From assembly GCA_963765895.1 (NCBI GenBank), contig CAVXZB010000024.1, positions 192,001 to 256,000 of the forward strand: DNA of 64,000 nt, given 5' to 3'. Source of the stretch: an uncultured Nitrososphaeraceae archaeon. Lineage in GTDB: Archaea; Thermoproteota; Nitrososphaeria; Nitrososphaerales; Nitrososphaeraceae. The notes under the pieces were generated by a model that saw nothing but the letters and a program-made list of their open reading frames with translations, was not told the origin of the DNA and searched no databases. Of this stretch, positions 42,443-54,895 are shown one piece after another (positions within the stretch are counted from its first letter, which is position 1; each line of letters begins with the position of its first letter). A program made the position numbers and the translations under genes.

Positions 42443-43410
42443 ATGGTGATGTTAGCGTAGATACAGACTCATATGGTAAAATTCCTCCGAACAACCAAAA
42501 AATAAAGGCTTCTGTTATAACAACATGCCCAGGATGTAAGAACGAGAGTATAATCACCGATTCTGAATCTGGAGAGATCATTTGCAGTAATTGTGGTCGT
42601 GTAATCTCTGATAAATTACAAGATATTGATTCCGAATGGCATAGATACTTTGTCGATGAGTCTAAGATAGGAACCAGGATTGGGAGTCGTAGTTCGCTCG
42701 CCCGTCACGATATGGGATTGTCTACAGTTATTGGCAGATCTGGCAGAGATGCCAGCGGTAACAAACTTGATGCAGTTATGCAGACCAAGATGAATAGGTT
42801 AGCTACTTGGGATTTAAGATCCCAATTACATACGCCAAAAGATCGAAGTCTCAGACAAGCATTTTTTAAATTAGATGTTCTAAAAGATAAACTCGGACTC
42901 TCGGACAGTATTGTCGAGAAAGCGGCATATATCTATAGGAAGGCTCAGTCGAAGAAAATTACTCGTGGTAGAACCATCTCAGGGGTCCTAGCAGCCGCAA
43001 TATATATTTCATGTAGAGAAATGGGAATCCATAGGACACTGAATGATATCGCTGCTGCATGCAGTGTAAAGCGTAAGGAGCTGTCAAAAGATTTCAGGAT
43101 CCTTTGTACCCGACTTGATCTTAGAATACCTCAACCTGATCCCATGAAGTGCATAGCAAAAGTTGCAAATAAAGTCAAACTAAGCGAGAAAACGAAACGG
43201 CAAGCCTCGCTGATCATGAGCAACGTCACAAAGGAAGAAATATCTGCTGGAAAAGATCCTATGGGTCTAGCTGCATCTGTGCTGTATCTATCTGGAATTA
43301 AAAATGGAGAAATTGTTACCCAATCAAATATAGCTGCTGCAGCCGGGGTTACTGAAGTAACCGTTAGAAATAGAACAAAGGAATTAAGAGATAAGCTTAT
43401 GCTTAATTAA
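42443..43410 (+). CDS. tfb: Transcription initiation factor TFB paralog, apparent frameshift near the start
   Basis: Zn ribbon CPGC...DSESGEIICSNCG is in frame with the 42712 ORF; HDMGLST, GRTISGVLAAAIY, GKDPMGLAA, GVTEVTVRNR. Confidence 0.92.
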
Positions 43411-44198
43411 TTCCTGTAATTTCTGCCTTTGACATAGGTAGCGTTGCCTGGTAGTTAGGCCCAATTTCTCTAATCGGTTATATGGTAAGTCCATTGAGGT
43501 ATCGAAGTGCCCGAAGTAAATTATCTGAGATTGAGACGCTAGAATAGATGATATTGCCATTCGGTGTATCTCTTAGATATAAGATTACCATAACACATGA
43601 TTTTTCTAACATGAAATTTGGTTATACTATTTAATTCGAAATAGCAAGTATCGATACTGATAAAATCTCAAGAAGTAGAAGCTAATTGCTTTGAACACTA
43701 ATTTCTCTTCTGTTTTACATTAGTGGTACTCCATGATTTTTCATCTAAGCTTTCTCCATTGAGTCCTAGAACGTTTCTATTATTCAATTACAATTCATTT
43801 TATTTCGTTCGGAGTACCTGCCCCGCACAGATCATAATTCAAATTTTACAAGCGATAAGTTCCGATTCATTTACCTAGCCTTAATGATTAGTTGTTATTG
43901 CTTGGGAGCAGACAAATAGGGATCTCGAGTCTTGCCTAGTTATTTCAATGTTGAATAGCAATAGCATATCCTCGAAAATTGTTTGGACATACTTGTGTTG
44001 ACAAGAATAGTCTGAACTGCCTGTTTCCTAGTTTGACATATATAATTGGAATATTTGCAGAAATCACTATGATACTATCTTGACATACAGCCAGATTGTA
44101 ATAGTAACACTACTAGTTTTTCCAATTGGGAAGCTTGAAACAAATTCCAAGAAATGTAGCATATATTGTACTAATTCGCATACAGTACTTATACTAAA

Positions 44199-45082
44199 TT
44201 GGCAAAATTAGTTATAGTTACGGGGGCATCTAGTGGTATCGGTAAAAAGACCGTTATGAGGTTACTTGAATCTGGATATCAAGTTATTGGACTAGCTAGA
44301 CGATTTGATAAACTAGCTGCTGAGCAGTTACAATCATCACATAAGATACAGTCTAACGGGAGTTACAAGCACACCTATGTACCATTGGAATTTGATATCG
44401 CTAAACCAAAAGTTTTCACTGAGGTTATAGACAGAATTGTCTCTATAACCAATGGTAGTGAAATCTATGGTCTTGTAAATAATGCAGGCTACCTTGAGCC
44501 TGGAGCAATTGAAGATTTGACTATGACAAACTTGAGAGATCAATTTGAAACAAATTTCTTTGGCCATGTAGATTTTACAAAAAAGTACTTGCATTGATGG
44601 TGGAACGAAACCAATCAGGCGGGAGAATTATAAATGTTAGCTCATTTGCAGGTCTCATCTCGCTTCCATTGATTGGAGCTTATGCAGCTTCAAAACATGC
44701 ACTTGAAGCGGTGTTTGATGCCCTCAGAGTGGAGCTCTGGAATACAGATATCAAAGTCATAACCATTAATCCTGGTGTCATCAGTACTGGTATATATGAT
44801 ACCTTGAAACATAAGACTGAGGACATACTAAATATTAAGAATGTTAATAAAACAAGATTTGTTGTGGCATATAACAGATATCTGCTGAATAATAATTATT
44901 ACACAGGACTGAATCCAATTTCTGTAGCGAACGTTATTCTAAAGGCTGTTAGTTCACTGAAACCACATCACAGATATTTCGTGGGCTCTAGAAAAGAGAT
45001 ATTGATGATAAGGCTCCTGCCGTACATACCTGAAAAGCTATTATTCACCCTACTCGCTAACAGAATACACTCCCGAACCTGA
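44199..45082 (+). CDS. Short-chain dehydrogenase/reductase, frameshifted near 44585
   Basis: TGASSGIG, LVNNAG, NVSS, YAASK. Confidence 0.9.
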
Positions 45083-45208
45083 CAGATATGAAACATTCTT
45101 GATCGATTACAATCAAGATGCTACTAGGCTCGTGTGGTCAAAATTTCATCCACACCTCTTATAAAGAAATATACACAGGCCAAAGTGGTATATAGCTAAT
45201 GTTTAGGA

Positions 45209-45592
45209 GTGAGCTTTCCGACGAGCGATGCTAAGTCACTAGAGATTCAAGTGAAGGAGCATCCCAACTTCAGAACGATCAATGTGAATGGTGTCTTTGG
45301 TGGGGCTAGAGGGATGTATTTTGATATAGTGTTATTTTCTGATGAGAGCAAGGTTAGCTCAGCCTTATCAACTATAGGAACAGCACCCGAAAAGACAACG
45401 ATCAACCGTACATTAGAGTGCAGACTAATAATAGACCCATTAAATGCCAAGGCGATTTCGCAATGGCTTATGCTAAATATTGCTGAATACGAAAAACAAT
45501 TCGGAAGGATTCCATCGCCTGAAGAATTACTAGACAAACACGAAAACGTGGATCTGGAACTCAATAAAAGCTCAAAAACAGTTTATCAGTAG
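45209..45592 (+). CDS. Hypothetical protein (DUF3467-like)
   Basis: TINVNGVFGG...RLIIDPLNAKAISQWL..NIAEYEKQFGRI pattern. Confidence 0.55.
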   Translation: MSFPTSDAKSLEIQVKEHPNFRTINVNGVFGGARGMYFDIVLFSDESKVSSALSTIGTAPEKTTINRTLECRLIIDPLNAKAISQWLMLNIAEYEKQFGRIPSPEELLDKHENVDLELNKSSKTVYQ

Positions 45593-45927
45593 AGTCTGTG
45601 ATGGGTTTCCACTTATTAGTCATAAAGTTATTAGTCTAGTTAGAATGTAAATATCATTGCTTCGAATTGCATTATGATAGAATTGATCAACCGATCTAAT
45701 TGACTCCCGACTAGAATCTCCTCGATTTCAAATCGCATTTCATTAAATATATTATCGATATACTGAGCTAAAGGATGTTATAATAACTATGATAGGAAAC
45801 GTCATGATTTATTTTTTTATTTCTGTGTTCACCAGGATCTAGAAAGAATGTTCAGGCTGATTTGGGACTCTAGAAAAATTAGGTAGTCGATCATGACTAG
45901 TATCGCATATGAGACAAAGCATAGCTC

Positions 45928-47772
45928 TTATGGTAGTCCAAATGCAGCTAAAGTTCCTTCTCTATTGGTCGAACCTTTGCGTTGACTATCATCAGTTTTT
46001 CCAGTGGGTACAAATAACATTCCATCTGCAATAGAGGGCCCGACCTGGCCAATCGGGGCGTGTAAGTCATATTCCCATAGTTTATTCCCAGTTTCCTTAT
46101 CTAAAGCTAAAATTATTCCGGATCTACTCGCCTTGACATGGTTTGAAGTCGTCTTAGTCCTTTCAGTGAACGGGATGTAACCGGCAATGACGATTTTGTT
46201 GGTAACTAGTGGTGATATCCTTGGTGGAAATTTTGTCTCATATTGCCATTTGACTTTACCATTTAGCAAATTCATTGCAATTATTGTACCATTGCGTAGT
46301 CCGTCTTGTATAGTGTGAGGTGCAGTATTCTTATGTCCGGCAATCCCATCTGTAAAATAATTCACTCCTCTATTTGTAGCCGAAATATATAGAGTATGGC
46401 TAGCATCATCTACAGCATGATAGTTTGATATTCCATAAAACCAAATCATGCCACTGCCATTCGTGAAGGGATCGATTCTGTATTGTAATGAGGCCCTATA
46501 GTCCTCCACCAGATTTCTTTACCTGTGGTTGCGTCCATTGCCATTACATTTCCCATCTTATCATGTCCTACAACTAATTTCTTCTGAGTTCCATTATCAA
46601 AGGTAACTTTGCTAATACTGCTTCCCCATGAGGTGATCCCAATCATGCGTATCTGGGATTGTTACATTCAGAACTGTTCCATGTGCAATAAATGGAGTAG
46701 CCCATATTATTTTGCCATTAGTAATATTTACGGCAATCATGTGGTTTGAATAAAGGTTCGGTGATTGCCGACTAGTCGCATTAAAGTTTGGCGATGCACT
46801 TCCTATGGGCATGTAAATGGTTCCCGTTTCAGGATCGACCGATCCTCCGGACCAATCGTTTGCTCCAGCATTATATGCCGGAGCAGAACGTGAATTTACC
46901 CAATCACCCACTGTAGTCTGCAGGACCCAGATCACATTACCATTAGTACGGTTTAATGCTGTGATATTTCCTCTAACAGTTACAACGCCACTGGATGTAT
47001 CATCATGACCGGCTGATCCAACGATCACATAGTTTCTCCAAACAATTGGAAATGTAGGAATATTATATCCTGCCTTAGAATCGCCCAAAACTTGCGATTT
47101 CCAGACAACCTTGCCAGTTGTGGCATTAATTGCTATAACATTGGCATTATATGCAGTACTCTGCATAAGATTATTCCGTCATTAAAAGCCAAACCCATTG
47201 TTGGACCATTACCTCCATGATGTTTCCAGATTACATCTCCAGTATGAGTATCAAATGCTATCACAGCGCCGGCGTAATCCTGTACATATCCTTTATTGCC
47301 AATAACTATTGGAGGGTCTTGTACCTCAGCATCATTAATTAATCTCCATTTAAGCTGCAACATTGCTACATTGCTTCTATTAATTATCGTTTGAGGACTA
47401 TTTCTGGTATCGTAGACATCATGGTTAACAGTTATCCAGTTATTGGCATTACTAGGTTCTGTTCCTAGTTCTGAGTAGGGTTGGTCAGGTGACATGCTAG
47501 AATTATGATGTAGTTTATACATACTAATGTGAGGAAATACATTCTCTGTAACTTGCTTGTCGATCCACTATGTCGATAGATTTCAGTTCACCTGAATGTC
47601 CTGGCCGAATTTGATTCGACTCAATAGACAAAATAACAGAATCCCTATTTTTGTCCTTCAACTGACTGTTTGTTCCTGGAATAGGACGCATGACTAAGAA
47701 AGTCACAATTAATATTAAAATTATAAACGCAAAATCATCTTTTAAAACGAATTTGTGCAGATTGGATACCAA
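45928..47772 (-). pseudogene. PQQ-binding-type beta-propeller protein in five consecutive fragments
   Basis: Repeated A[FILM][DN]xxTG..[IVL]W docking motifs; VDPETGTIY; DTHDWD; C-terminal LAAFGLP. Confidence 0.85.
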
Positions 47773-48367
47773 TTATGTGTTCAAACACGTCGATAATAAT
47801 AAACTATTTCGTATTTTCGGCAACCACACTTATCGATGTGTAATATTTAATGGATATTAGCGATACCTGCTCCACGTCAGAGAATAGTTTGCATCAGCAT
47901 AACTATTTTTTCTTAAAAATTAGAGTATAACATGTTAGTAGTATATTTTCTTAAATAACATTAAGAGATCTGAATCCTATAGTTAATTATTTGAACGGGC
48001 TTACTGTTAAAAACCGTTAAAGGTATGCTATTTAAGGTTCAAATCGAGCCTTTCTTGTACCATGTGAATACAAAAGAGGCTAATGGACGATTAACATCTC
48101 AGCAAGCTGCAGATTTAAGATAACGTTAGAACAAAAACATTACTATGCCTAGTCAGGCAGCCAACTAACCTTTTGCCCTTAGCAGCAATCTTTTATCTCG
48201 TAGGCGAATAAATGTCAAGATTGATCTAAAACACCATTCATTACATCTACTAAATATGTATCTACACACATATTTTTATCGAAATAGGAACAAGGCTACT
48301 TCTACATGGGTACCAGGCAATTGAACGCATGACTATGTACCTCACTCAGTTGCAGTCATCTCTTTCA

Positions 48368-49330
48368 TCATCCTAAAGAATTATCAGGCAATATTTCTAT
48401 TTCCGACATCAAGTCCCAGATTGAATTTTGCCTATTCTCTGGCTTCAATTCAATCATCTTAAGTATACATTTATCTAGTTGTGGAGAAATCGTTGGATTA
48501 TATTTTGAGGGTGGGTCTATCTGTGGTCTCTGCATGTCAATATTATCACGATCATAAGTAGGTGGACGTCTCCCAGTCATCAGTTCATAAAATATAACAC
48601 CTATAGAGAAAATATCAGTTCTTGCATCGATAGATGCATCTTTATGGACCGTTGCAAACCACTGTTCTGGAGAACAATAGTTTGGAGTTCCACCGATGTT
48701 TCCTTCAGCTACTACAGCAGTTAATTCTAGCGATTCTTTATCTATAATGGTAAGATTATCGTAGTCTACATTGTTGCCACAATGATTGCTATTATTAGTA
48801 TTAGTATTATAATCCTGTCCTTTAACAAGTCCCCAATCTGCAATTTTTATTTCTGACCTTGTAGCATTTGTAAATAATATATTCTCTGGTTTTAAATCTC
48901 TATGGAAGACATTGGAGCTATGAGCCTGTGATAAAGCATTACAAATCGGCAAAATTATTGTCCTAAAAGTCCATCTCTTATCAAATAAATTTAGATCTGT
49001 ATAACCACTTACATTAATACTACTTCTGATGGTAGAGAATTTTTCATCTATATATTTCCTAAGAGATCCACCACTTAGAAACTCCATTATATAGTAAGGA
49101 CTAAAACTAGGAGGCTCACCTGCCATATTCCATTCAAAGATTTTTACAATATTCGGATGATTTAATTCAGAAAGTATCTGTACTTCTCTCTCAAAACGTT
49201 GTTTACTTATTGAATTTATATTCGAAAGTTCCTTTAATGCATAGGTCTTATTTCCATTGTCTCTACCCTCTATTTCATATATAGTTCCAAACGCACCAGA
49301 ACTAATTTTTCGTTTTACATTATATTCCAA
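48368..49330 (-). CDS. Hanks-type Ser/Thr protein kinase
   Basis: SSGAFGTIY, YALK, RFERE, HRDLKPEN, DWG, GTPNYCSPEQ, DIFSIG. Confidence 0.93.
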   Translation of the reverse strand: MEYNVKRKISSGAFGTIYEIEGRDNGNKTYALKELSNINSISKQRFEREVQILSELNHPNIVKIFEWNMAGEPPSFSPYYIMEFLSGGSLRKYIDEKFSTIRSSINVSGYTDLNLFDKRWTFRTIILPICNALSQAHSSNVFHRDLKPENILFTNATRSEIKIADWGLVKGQDYNTNTNNSNHCGNNVDYDNLTIIDKESLELTAVVAEGNIGGTPNYCSPEQWFATVHKDASIDARTDIFSIGVIFYELMTGRRPPTYDRDNIDMQRPQIDPPSKYNPTISPQLDKCILKMIELKPENRQNSIWDLMSEIEILPDNSLG

Positions 49331-49626
49331 TAGAATTTAACTCTGTTCCTGATATTCATATGGATAACATTGGTAATATAGTAACATCAATTATAGCAGG
49401 CAGCAGATCTCATTTATTATATATAATAGCTACATCATTTCTTAAAGATGACAATAATAATGACAGCTTAGAACAGACCATCGAATCTTATTAAAACTTA
49501 TAATTTCAGATATTAAATCATAATTTTATTGCGTATTTCATCGTAAGAACAGAAAAATCTTTATCATTATGCTTATTTTAATTTTCTGCATTAATAATTG
49601 ATGCCGTAACCTCCAGCATTTATGAC

Positions 49627-50112
49627 TTGGTTGATAAAGAGATAGCTTCCAATTGGGGAACAGTATTCTTCATATCTGTTTCTGCCACTATACTTATTGT
49701 TGGATTAATTCTTCTTTTGGGAATCATGAAACAGCAAGCGCGCAATCTCACTCATCTTGTGACTCTGAACAAGGATGGAAGTCCTCAGGTCTCTATTTTC
49801 TGGGTTGGCATTGATGGCGATGAAATTGCCTGTGCTCATCTGAATCTCTACCAAAAATTGAAGAATATTCAGCGCGACTCCCAGGTCGCACTCTCTATAG
49901 CGACTGGTGGGAAGACTAATGGGCTGGATAATTACCTTGTGATCAATGGTCGTGCCAGAATTACTGAGGGCGGTGCCCCCGAATTGGTAAACCAACTGGC
50001 CCAGATTTATATTGGCCCAGGTACAAAGTTCGCTCCTGATGGAGCGCCACAGGGATATATTACCCATATTACTGCTGAAAGTATTCATGGCATTGGACCA
50101 TGGAGTGAATGA
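49627..50112 (+). CDS. PPOX-class F420-dependent oxidoreductase domain fused to an unrelated TM segment
   Basis: HLVTLNKDGSPQVS..W, KLKNIQRDSQVALS, YLVINGRARITEGG. Confidence 0.7.
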   Translation: MVDKEIASNWGTVFFISVSATILIVGLILLLGIMKQQARNLTHLVTLNKDGSPQVSIFWVGIDGDEIACAHLNLYQKLKNIQRDSQVALSIATGGKTNGLDNYLVINGRARITEGGAPELVNQLAQIYIGPGTKFAPDGAPQGYITHITAESIHGIGPWSE

Positions 50113-50379
50113 GCTACGAATACGTTTTGCTGTTTAGGATTTTCGTCATATGACAGAACTCTAGCCGTTATTCCAGATATGATAAACTCGTTTTGCAACT
50201 ATTCAGTAAGATCGTTTTAGGCTAAAAATCTTGTCCTCAGAAGCAAAGTAAAGATTTAGGGTACTGTTAGAGTGGATCTTCTCTAAATCTGGAACCAATT
50301 AGTTAAGACTAATGCGATACCTAACTCGAGATCATCATGTCAATATGAATACACCGATATCATCCTATTTCAGCCACCC

Positions 50380-50550
50380 CAATCTTTTAATAAAGTCCTT
50401 GGTCTTGTCATCATATCCTAGATCCGGTACTCTAATTATTTTAAACCCATTATCATACATATACTTCATTTCCTCTGCAAACAGAGCTAAATCAGTACTA
50501 CCTGATGCTGTGTTACCTATGATATGGTACGATGACAAGGGACTTTGAAC
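50380..50550 (-). pseudogene. Possible polysaccharide deacetylase C-terminal remnant
   Basis: SYHII...STDLALFAEEMKYMYDNGFKIIRVPDLGYD. Confidence 0.45.
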
Positions 50551-50562
50551 AACATAGCTAAG

Positions 50563-50820
50563 TTACATGGCATGAGGCTGAAGTATGACTTTACTAATGA
50601 TTAATTTAATATTACCAGTTATATAGATATATACTTCACCGCTGATTAGTCTCTTCACGGTTAGCCTGTAGATCCTGTCATATTTCTGCTTCATTGCTTG
50701 CATTTCGCTATCCTTCTCGGACATCTTAGCCTCAATACCTGCCTCTAGTGCAGTACAATCTAGAAATCTAAGATACTCCTTGCATTTTGACATCGACTTC
50801 CTCAGACTCTAGCATAATTA
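50563..50820 (-). pseudogene. Probable integrase C-terminal remnant
   Basis: KCKEYLRFLDCTALEAGIEAKMSEKDSEMQAMKQKYD, same YLxFL + coiled-coil pattern as 42095-42335. Confidence 0.45.
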
Positions 50821-50876
50821 TATGCTTCAAAAATATGAGAATCAACATTTTTATAAACTAATTTAAAATAGGAAAG

Positions 50877-51317
50877 TTGATGTCAGTTCAGATTCAAGAG
50901 CAAAAACAGAAACAGCAAGTAAGACTTTCACAAATACTGAAAAATGCTACGGAAGAACAATGTTTTGGACATTTTATGAAAATTTCTGAAATTTCAGGCC
51001 TAAACGCCAAGGATTATCAAACCAAATTAAGAGCAAAATCTGTCAAGGTATGCGTTAACGGCTTGCTAATGTCAAAGTCTGGAATTGAAGATGAATCTTC
51101 GACGCCCTTATCTATATATGAATATGTAGCTGATGATGAAGATATTTTGCGGGCTTACAGAACTTTAGGAATTGATCCATATTATAGAATTAAATGCAAT
51201 AAATGTAGCCTGCTTGGTGATGGGTATCATATTTATCGCGTACTTGAACATATGAATGATTATCATCGGGCTTCATTTAAAGAAATAGGATCATATCTTG
51301 AAATATTGGGACTTTAA
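50877..51317 (+). CDS. Hypothetical protein with C2H2-like motif
   Basis: CNKC...HMNDYH followed by SFKEIG. Confidence 0.6.
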   Translation: MMSVQIQEQKQKQQVRLSQILKNATEEQCFGHFMKISEISGLNAKDYQTKLRAKSVKVCVNGLLMSKSGIEDESSTPLSIYEYVADDEDILRAYRTLGIDPYYRIKCNKCSLLGDGYHIYRVLEHMNDYHRASFKEIGSYLEILGL

Positions 51318-51414
51318 ATAAGTAGTAATCAGCTAATGTGATAGGCGCGCGCCTACTATAGTAATATTTCTCTAGACCTAATTCTTTAAATTTCATATTG
51401 TTTTTTTTAGATGT

Positions 51415-52466
51415 ATGAATGCGGCTGTATATCGTGAACATAATAAGGATCCAAGAAAAGTTGTAAATATAGAAGATATAGAAATTCCATCTATCAAGTA
51501 TAATCAAGTTCTTATAAAAGTCGAAGCAGCCTCATATAATTACAATGATCTTTGGGGAATTTGGGGAGAACCAATCAAGATTCCTCTCCCCCACATTTCT
51601 GGAAGTGATGTATCGGGAACTGTAGTAGACATTGGAGAAAATGTTTTAGATATAAAAAAAGGAGATAGAATAGTAGGATATCCTAATCTAACATGTAGAA
51701 TATGTAATGCATGTACTTCGGGCAAAGAATATGACTGTCGTCAAAGACAAGTATGGGGTTTTCAAACTGGCCCATTATGGGGGGGATTTGCCCAATATAC
51801 ATATTTACCAGAGGTCAATGTCATTAAAATTCCAGATAATCTCTCTTTTCAAGATGCAGCGGCCATTTCTATGGTAGGCATGACTTCTTGGCACATGTTA
51901 GTTACTAGAGCTAATATTCAGCCAGGACAAACTGTCTTGATTATGGGAGGCGGAAGTGGTATGGGAATAGCAGGTATTCAATAATTGCAAAGTTATTCAA
52001 TTGTGATGTTATCGCAACTGCTGGTACACAAGAAAAAATGGATAAATGTCTCAAATTAGGTGCTGATCATGTCGTAAACCATAGAGAGCCAAATTGGTAC
52101 AAGAAAGTTAGAAATTTAACAAACAATCAAGGTGTGGACATTATTTTTGAACATATAGGAAAATCTGTCTTTGCAGAAGAAGTTAGTCTTTTGAATATTG
52201 GCGGTACTTTAGTATCTACTGGAGCAACAACAGGATATGATTCAAAATTAGATTTGAGATACCTCTTCTTTCGAGGACTTAATCTTATCGGAGCTACTCA
52301 AGGAACACGTGCAGGATTAGAAAAGGTAATTAAGTGGACAAGTAAAGGAAAAATAAAAGCAATAATAGATACAGTTTATCCTTTCGAAGATATGGTAATG
52401 GGTCATATAAAAATGATGGAATCACAATTGTTCGGAAAACTGATTACCACTCCACAAAAGTTATGA
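51415..52466 (+). CDS. Zn-containing medium-chain dehydrogenase/reductase, frameshifted near 51981
   Basis: PHISGSDVSG, structural Zn motif CRICNACTSGKEYDC, GGGSGMG, FGKL. Confidence 0.9.
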
Positions 52467-52816
52467 TTCAATGGGTTTGAATTTTCTCATTAAATAATGA
52501 CTTGTAGTTAGGTAAGACTTGTATTGAACGAAAAGACAAAGATGTCTAACGTCTACCCAAAAGGGTAAGATAATCATTTTCGGTCAGCCATCTTATTTTG
52601 GGTATCCTAGGTGCAATCAGATGGCCCAGCAGCGGCGCGCCTACATGTAAAAGGGATCTGGCCGTCTTCTATTAGACTAGATAAGTGCTAGTCATAAACA
52701 AATAGTGATCACTTTCACGAATCATCACCTAGTATATTCCAGCGAGTATACAATCCCCTCGGGCTCTACCATTGTGGCTATGTTGTTAAAAAGAATGTAA
52801 ACGACTTTAGTTGATA

Positions 52817-53116
52817 ATGAAAGCGTCCTAAAATGAACAAGAAGAAGAAAATGGCAAAGTTGATATCTTAGCCAATGAAATCAAATCGTGGAAAGACTTT
52901 AGATGTGCTCTAAGGGAAGAAAGTGCACTTCTCTTTAATGAGATGCTTTCAGAATGCGGACATAATGAAGACTATATTAGAGTTGTTAACTCCAAAGATG
53001 AATACTATTCAACTGAATCATTATTTATAGTCTTAATATTGCAGCAGCAAAAGATGATAAATGAATTGATCTTCAAAGTATCTGAATGTGAAAAGTTGCA
53101 AATGCAATCACAATGA
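52817..53116 (+). pseudogene. Small helical hypothetical protein with an early in-frame stop
   Basis: EIKSWKDFRCALREE..LFNEML...ESLFIVLILQQQKMINEL. Confidence 0.45.
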
Positions 53117-53419
53117 CTTATGCTAGTTCAAATCTTCTTCAGCGTTAACTAAACGGTAAGTTAAAGACTTAGTTTTCTATCTTCGGTTTATCCCATTCAG
53201 CAAGCATTTGTTACTCCTATGGAGACTACGAATTAAATTGAAACATCAATTGCACATCAGGGATTGATTGCCTCAAGTCCATCACCTCAGATTGTACCCA
53301 TTGATTAAAGCATTCTGCAATATCATTTGAAAATTATTCTGTGAATAAAAAGAATGGTATCAGAGGCAGATATTTAATCTGTCTGATCCTTATTCATTAT
53401 AGTTTAGCCTTGCCTGGTT

Positions 53420-53638
53420 TTACTTAGTTGAGTTACCTGAAGTTGAATTTCCTGGAGGTGCTGGGCTTGCTGAGCTAGCACCACCACCTGGTGGAGGGCT
53501 ATTCATGGGTGTTCCACCGTAGCCTTGCGCGTGTGCGGACTGAGTCAACAATGTATTTCCAGCCATGGTCGCCGATATTCCAACTGTCAATGATGATACG
53601 ATCATTGCAAAGAAGATTACCTTTGTTTTTGTTATCAT
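53420..53638 (-). CDS. Small secreted low-complexity peptide
   Basis: Signal peptide ending AHA-Q; Gly/Pro/Ser tail with NST sequons; TTTATAAA box upstream. Confidence 0.6.
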   Translation of the reverse strand: MITKTKVIFFAMIVSSLTVGISATMAGNTLLTQSAHAQGYGGTPMNSPPPGGGASSASPAPPGNSTSGNSTK

Positions 53639-54052
53639 TTTAGATTAAATAGGAAACATTTTTTATAAACACTTGTTATAAAGGATTTTTGAAAACCCGA
53701 GTTAATTATAGGAATATAGGTTATCTCTAACTTTATTATGTATAAAATACAATATATGCCTGTAATACTGTAAAACTCCTCTAATTTAGTTTGCTAGATA
53801 ACTTAGAAAATTTATATAAATCAGGTCAGTACTACAAATCCTGATGTTCTTGAAGTTGGCCGACGAGATTTTTCTAAGATGTCTAGTCTAAAAAATGCAT
53901 CTGGATATTAACCAACTACATGGTATCCATTCCTGATAAAAAAGGAAAGAAAAGGATTGCTAATGATAGACGTAAGGAACTGGCCGCCTTAAGTCTGAAA
54001 TTCAGACATGAGGGAATAGAGAATTTATAGATATAGAACAACTGCGACTTGA

Positions 54053-54725
54053 TTACTTGATCATTGACTTGACGTTACAATTTTGAGTAGATACGTTTTC
54101 TGTCTTTAGTTTTTCTAAGCTTCTCGGCAGATAGTCATCTCTCTTTACCGTATTAATATTATGTCTGATTATGTAATTTGGATTAAAGTCTAACCGCCTT
54201 AATTGGCTACATCTATCAAGCCAATCCTTTATTATTTTAGAAGCCTCATCAGTAGAACATTTTCTAATATTGATAAGGTAAGGAGCCAGGATGCATCACA
54301 CTGCAAATTTGTTGTAGTCACTTAGTGGAGCTAGTAGTAGCTTTTCAATCCACCAGATTGTATTTGAATGTGCGGTCTTTGTGCGCGCCTTCCTGCTGCA
54401 TAAATTTACTGGCAAGATCTTTTCCATTTTGGTCAATAAATTTCGCAAATACGTCTTCCTCTTCTAGGATAAATCCTTCCATCGGTTGGTAAATATGATA
54501 GTTGTTGCCAGTCCACAATACAGGAGGATGGCTGTGTATACTAGTTTCAATTTTCTTTAGGACTCTTTTCAACACTCCATCTAACTTATTTTTCGAAGCA
54601 AAATCCTTTAGATCTATATCGCTTATTAGAAAACTTGGTGGCGCTCTATTAATGTCATCATATTTAGTAAATGAAGGATAGGCATTGATTCTACAACAAT
54701 AGAGGATCAACAATAGGTACAGCAA
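54053..54725 (-). pseudogene. Relic of an AEP-primase + PriX-like fusion
   Basis: CRINAYP..SDID..LWTGNNYHIYQP, then WIEKLL...LAPYLINIRK...IKDWLDRC..LRRLDF in shifted frames, with an internal deletion. Confidence 0.6.
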
Positions 54726-54895
54726 TAAATGCTTTGACGATTTCAGAGGTCGACTCAGTGTAGCGGGAAAATAAAGCAGGCGTTCATTCGCATAGCAAAT
54801 GCGATACTAACGACTCTACCAATTCCGGATTAAGTAGTTTTCTAATCTAATTTGAGGAAATCGCAAATTCTCTGTGATATACACGATATTTTTTA

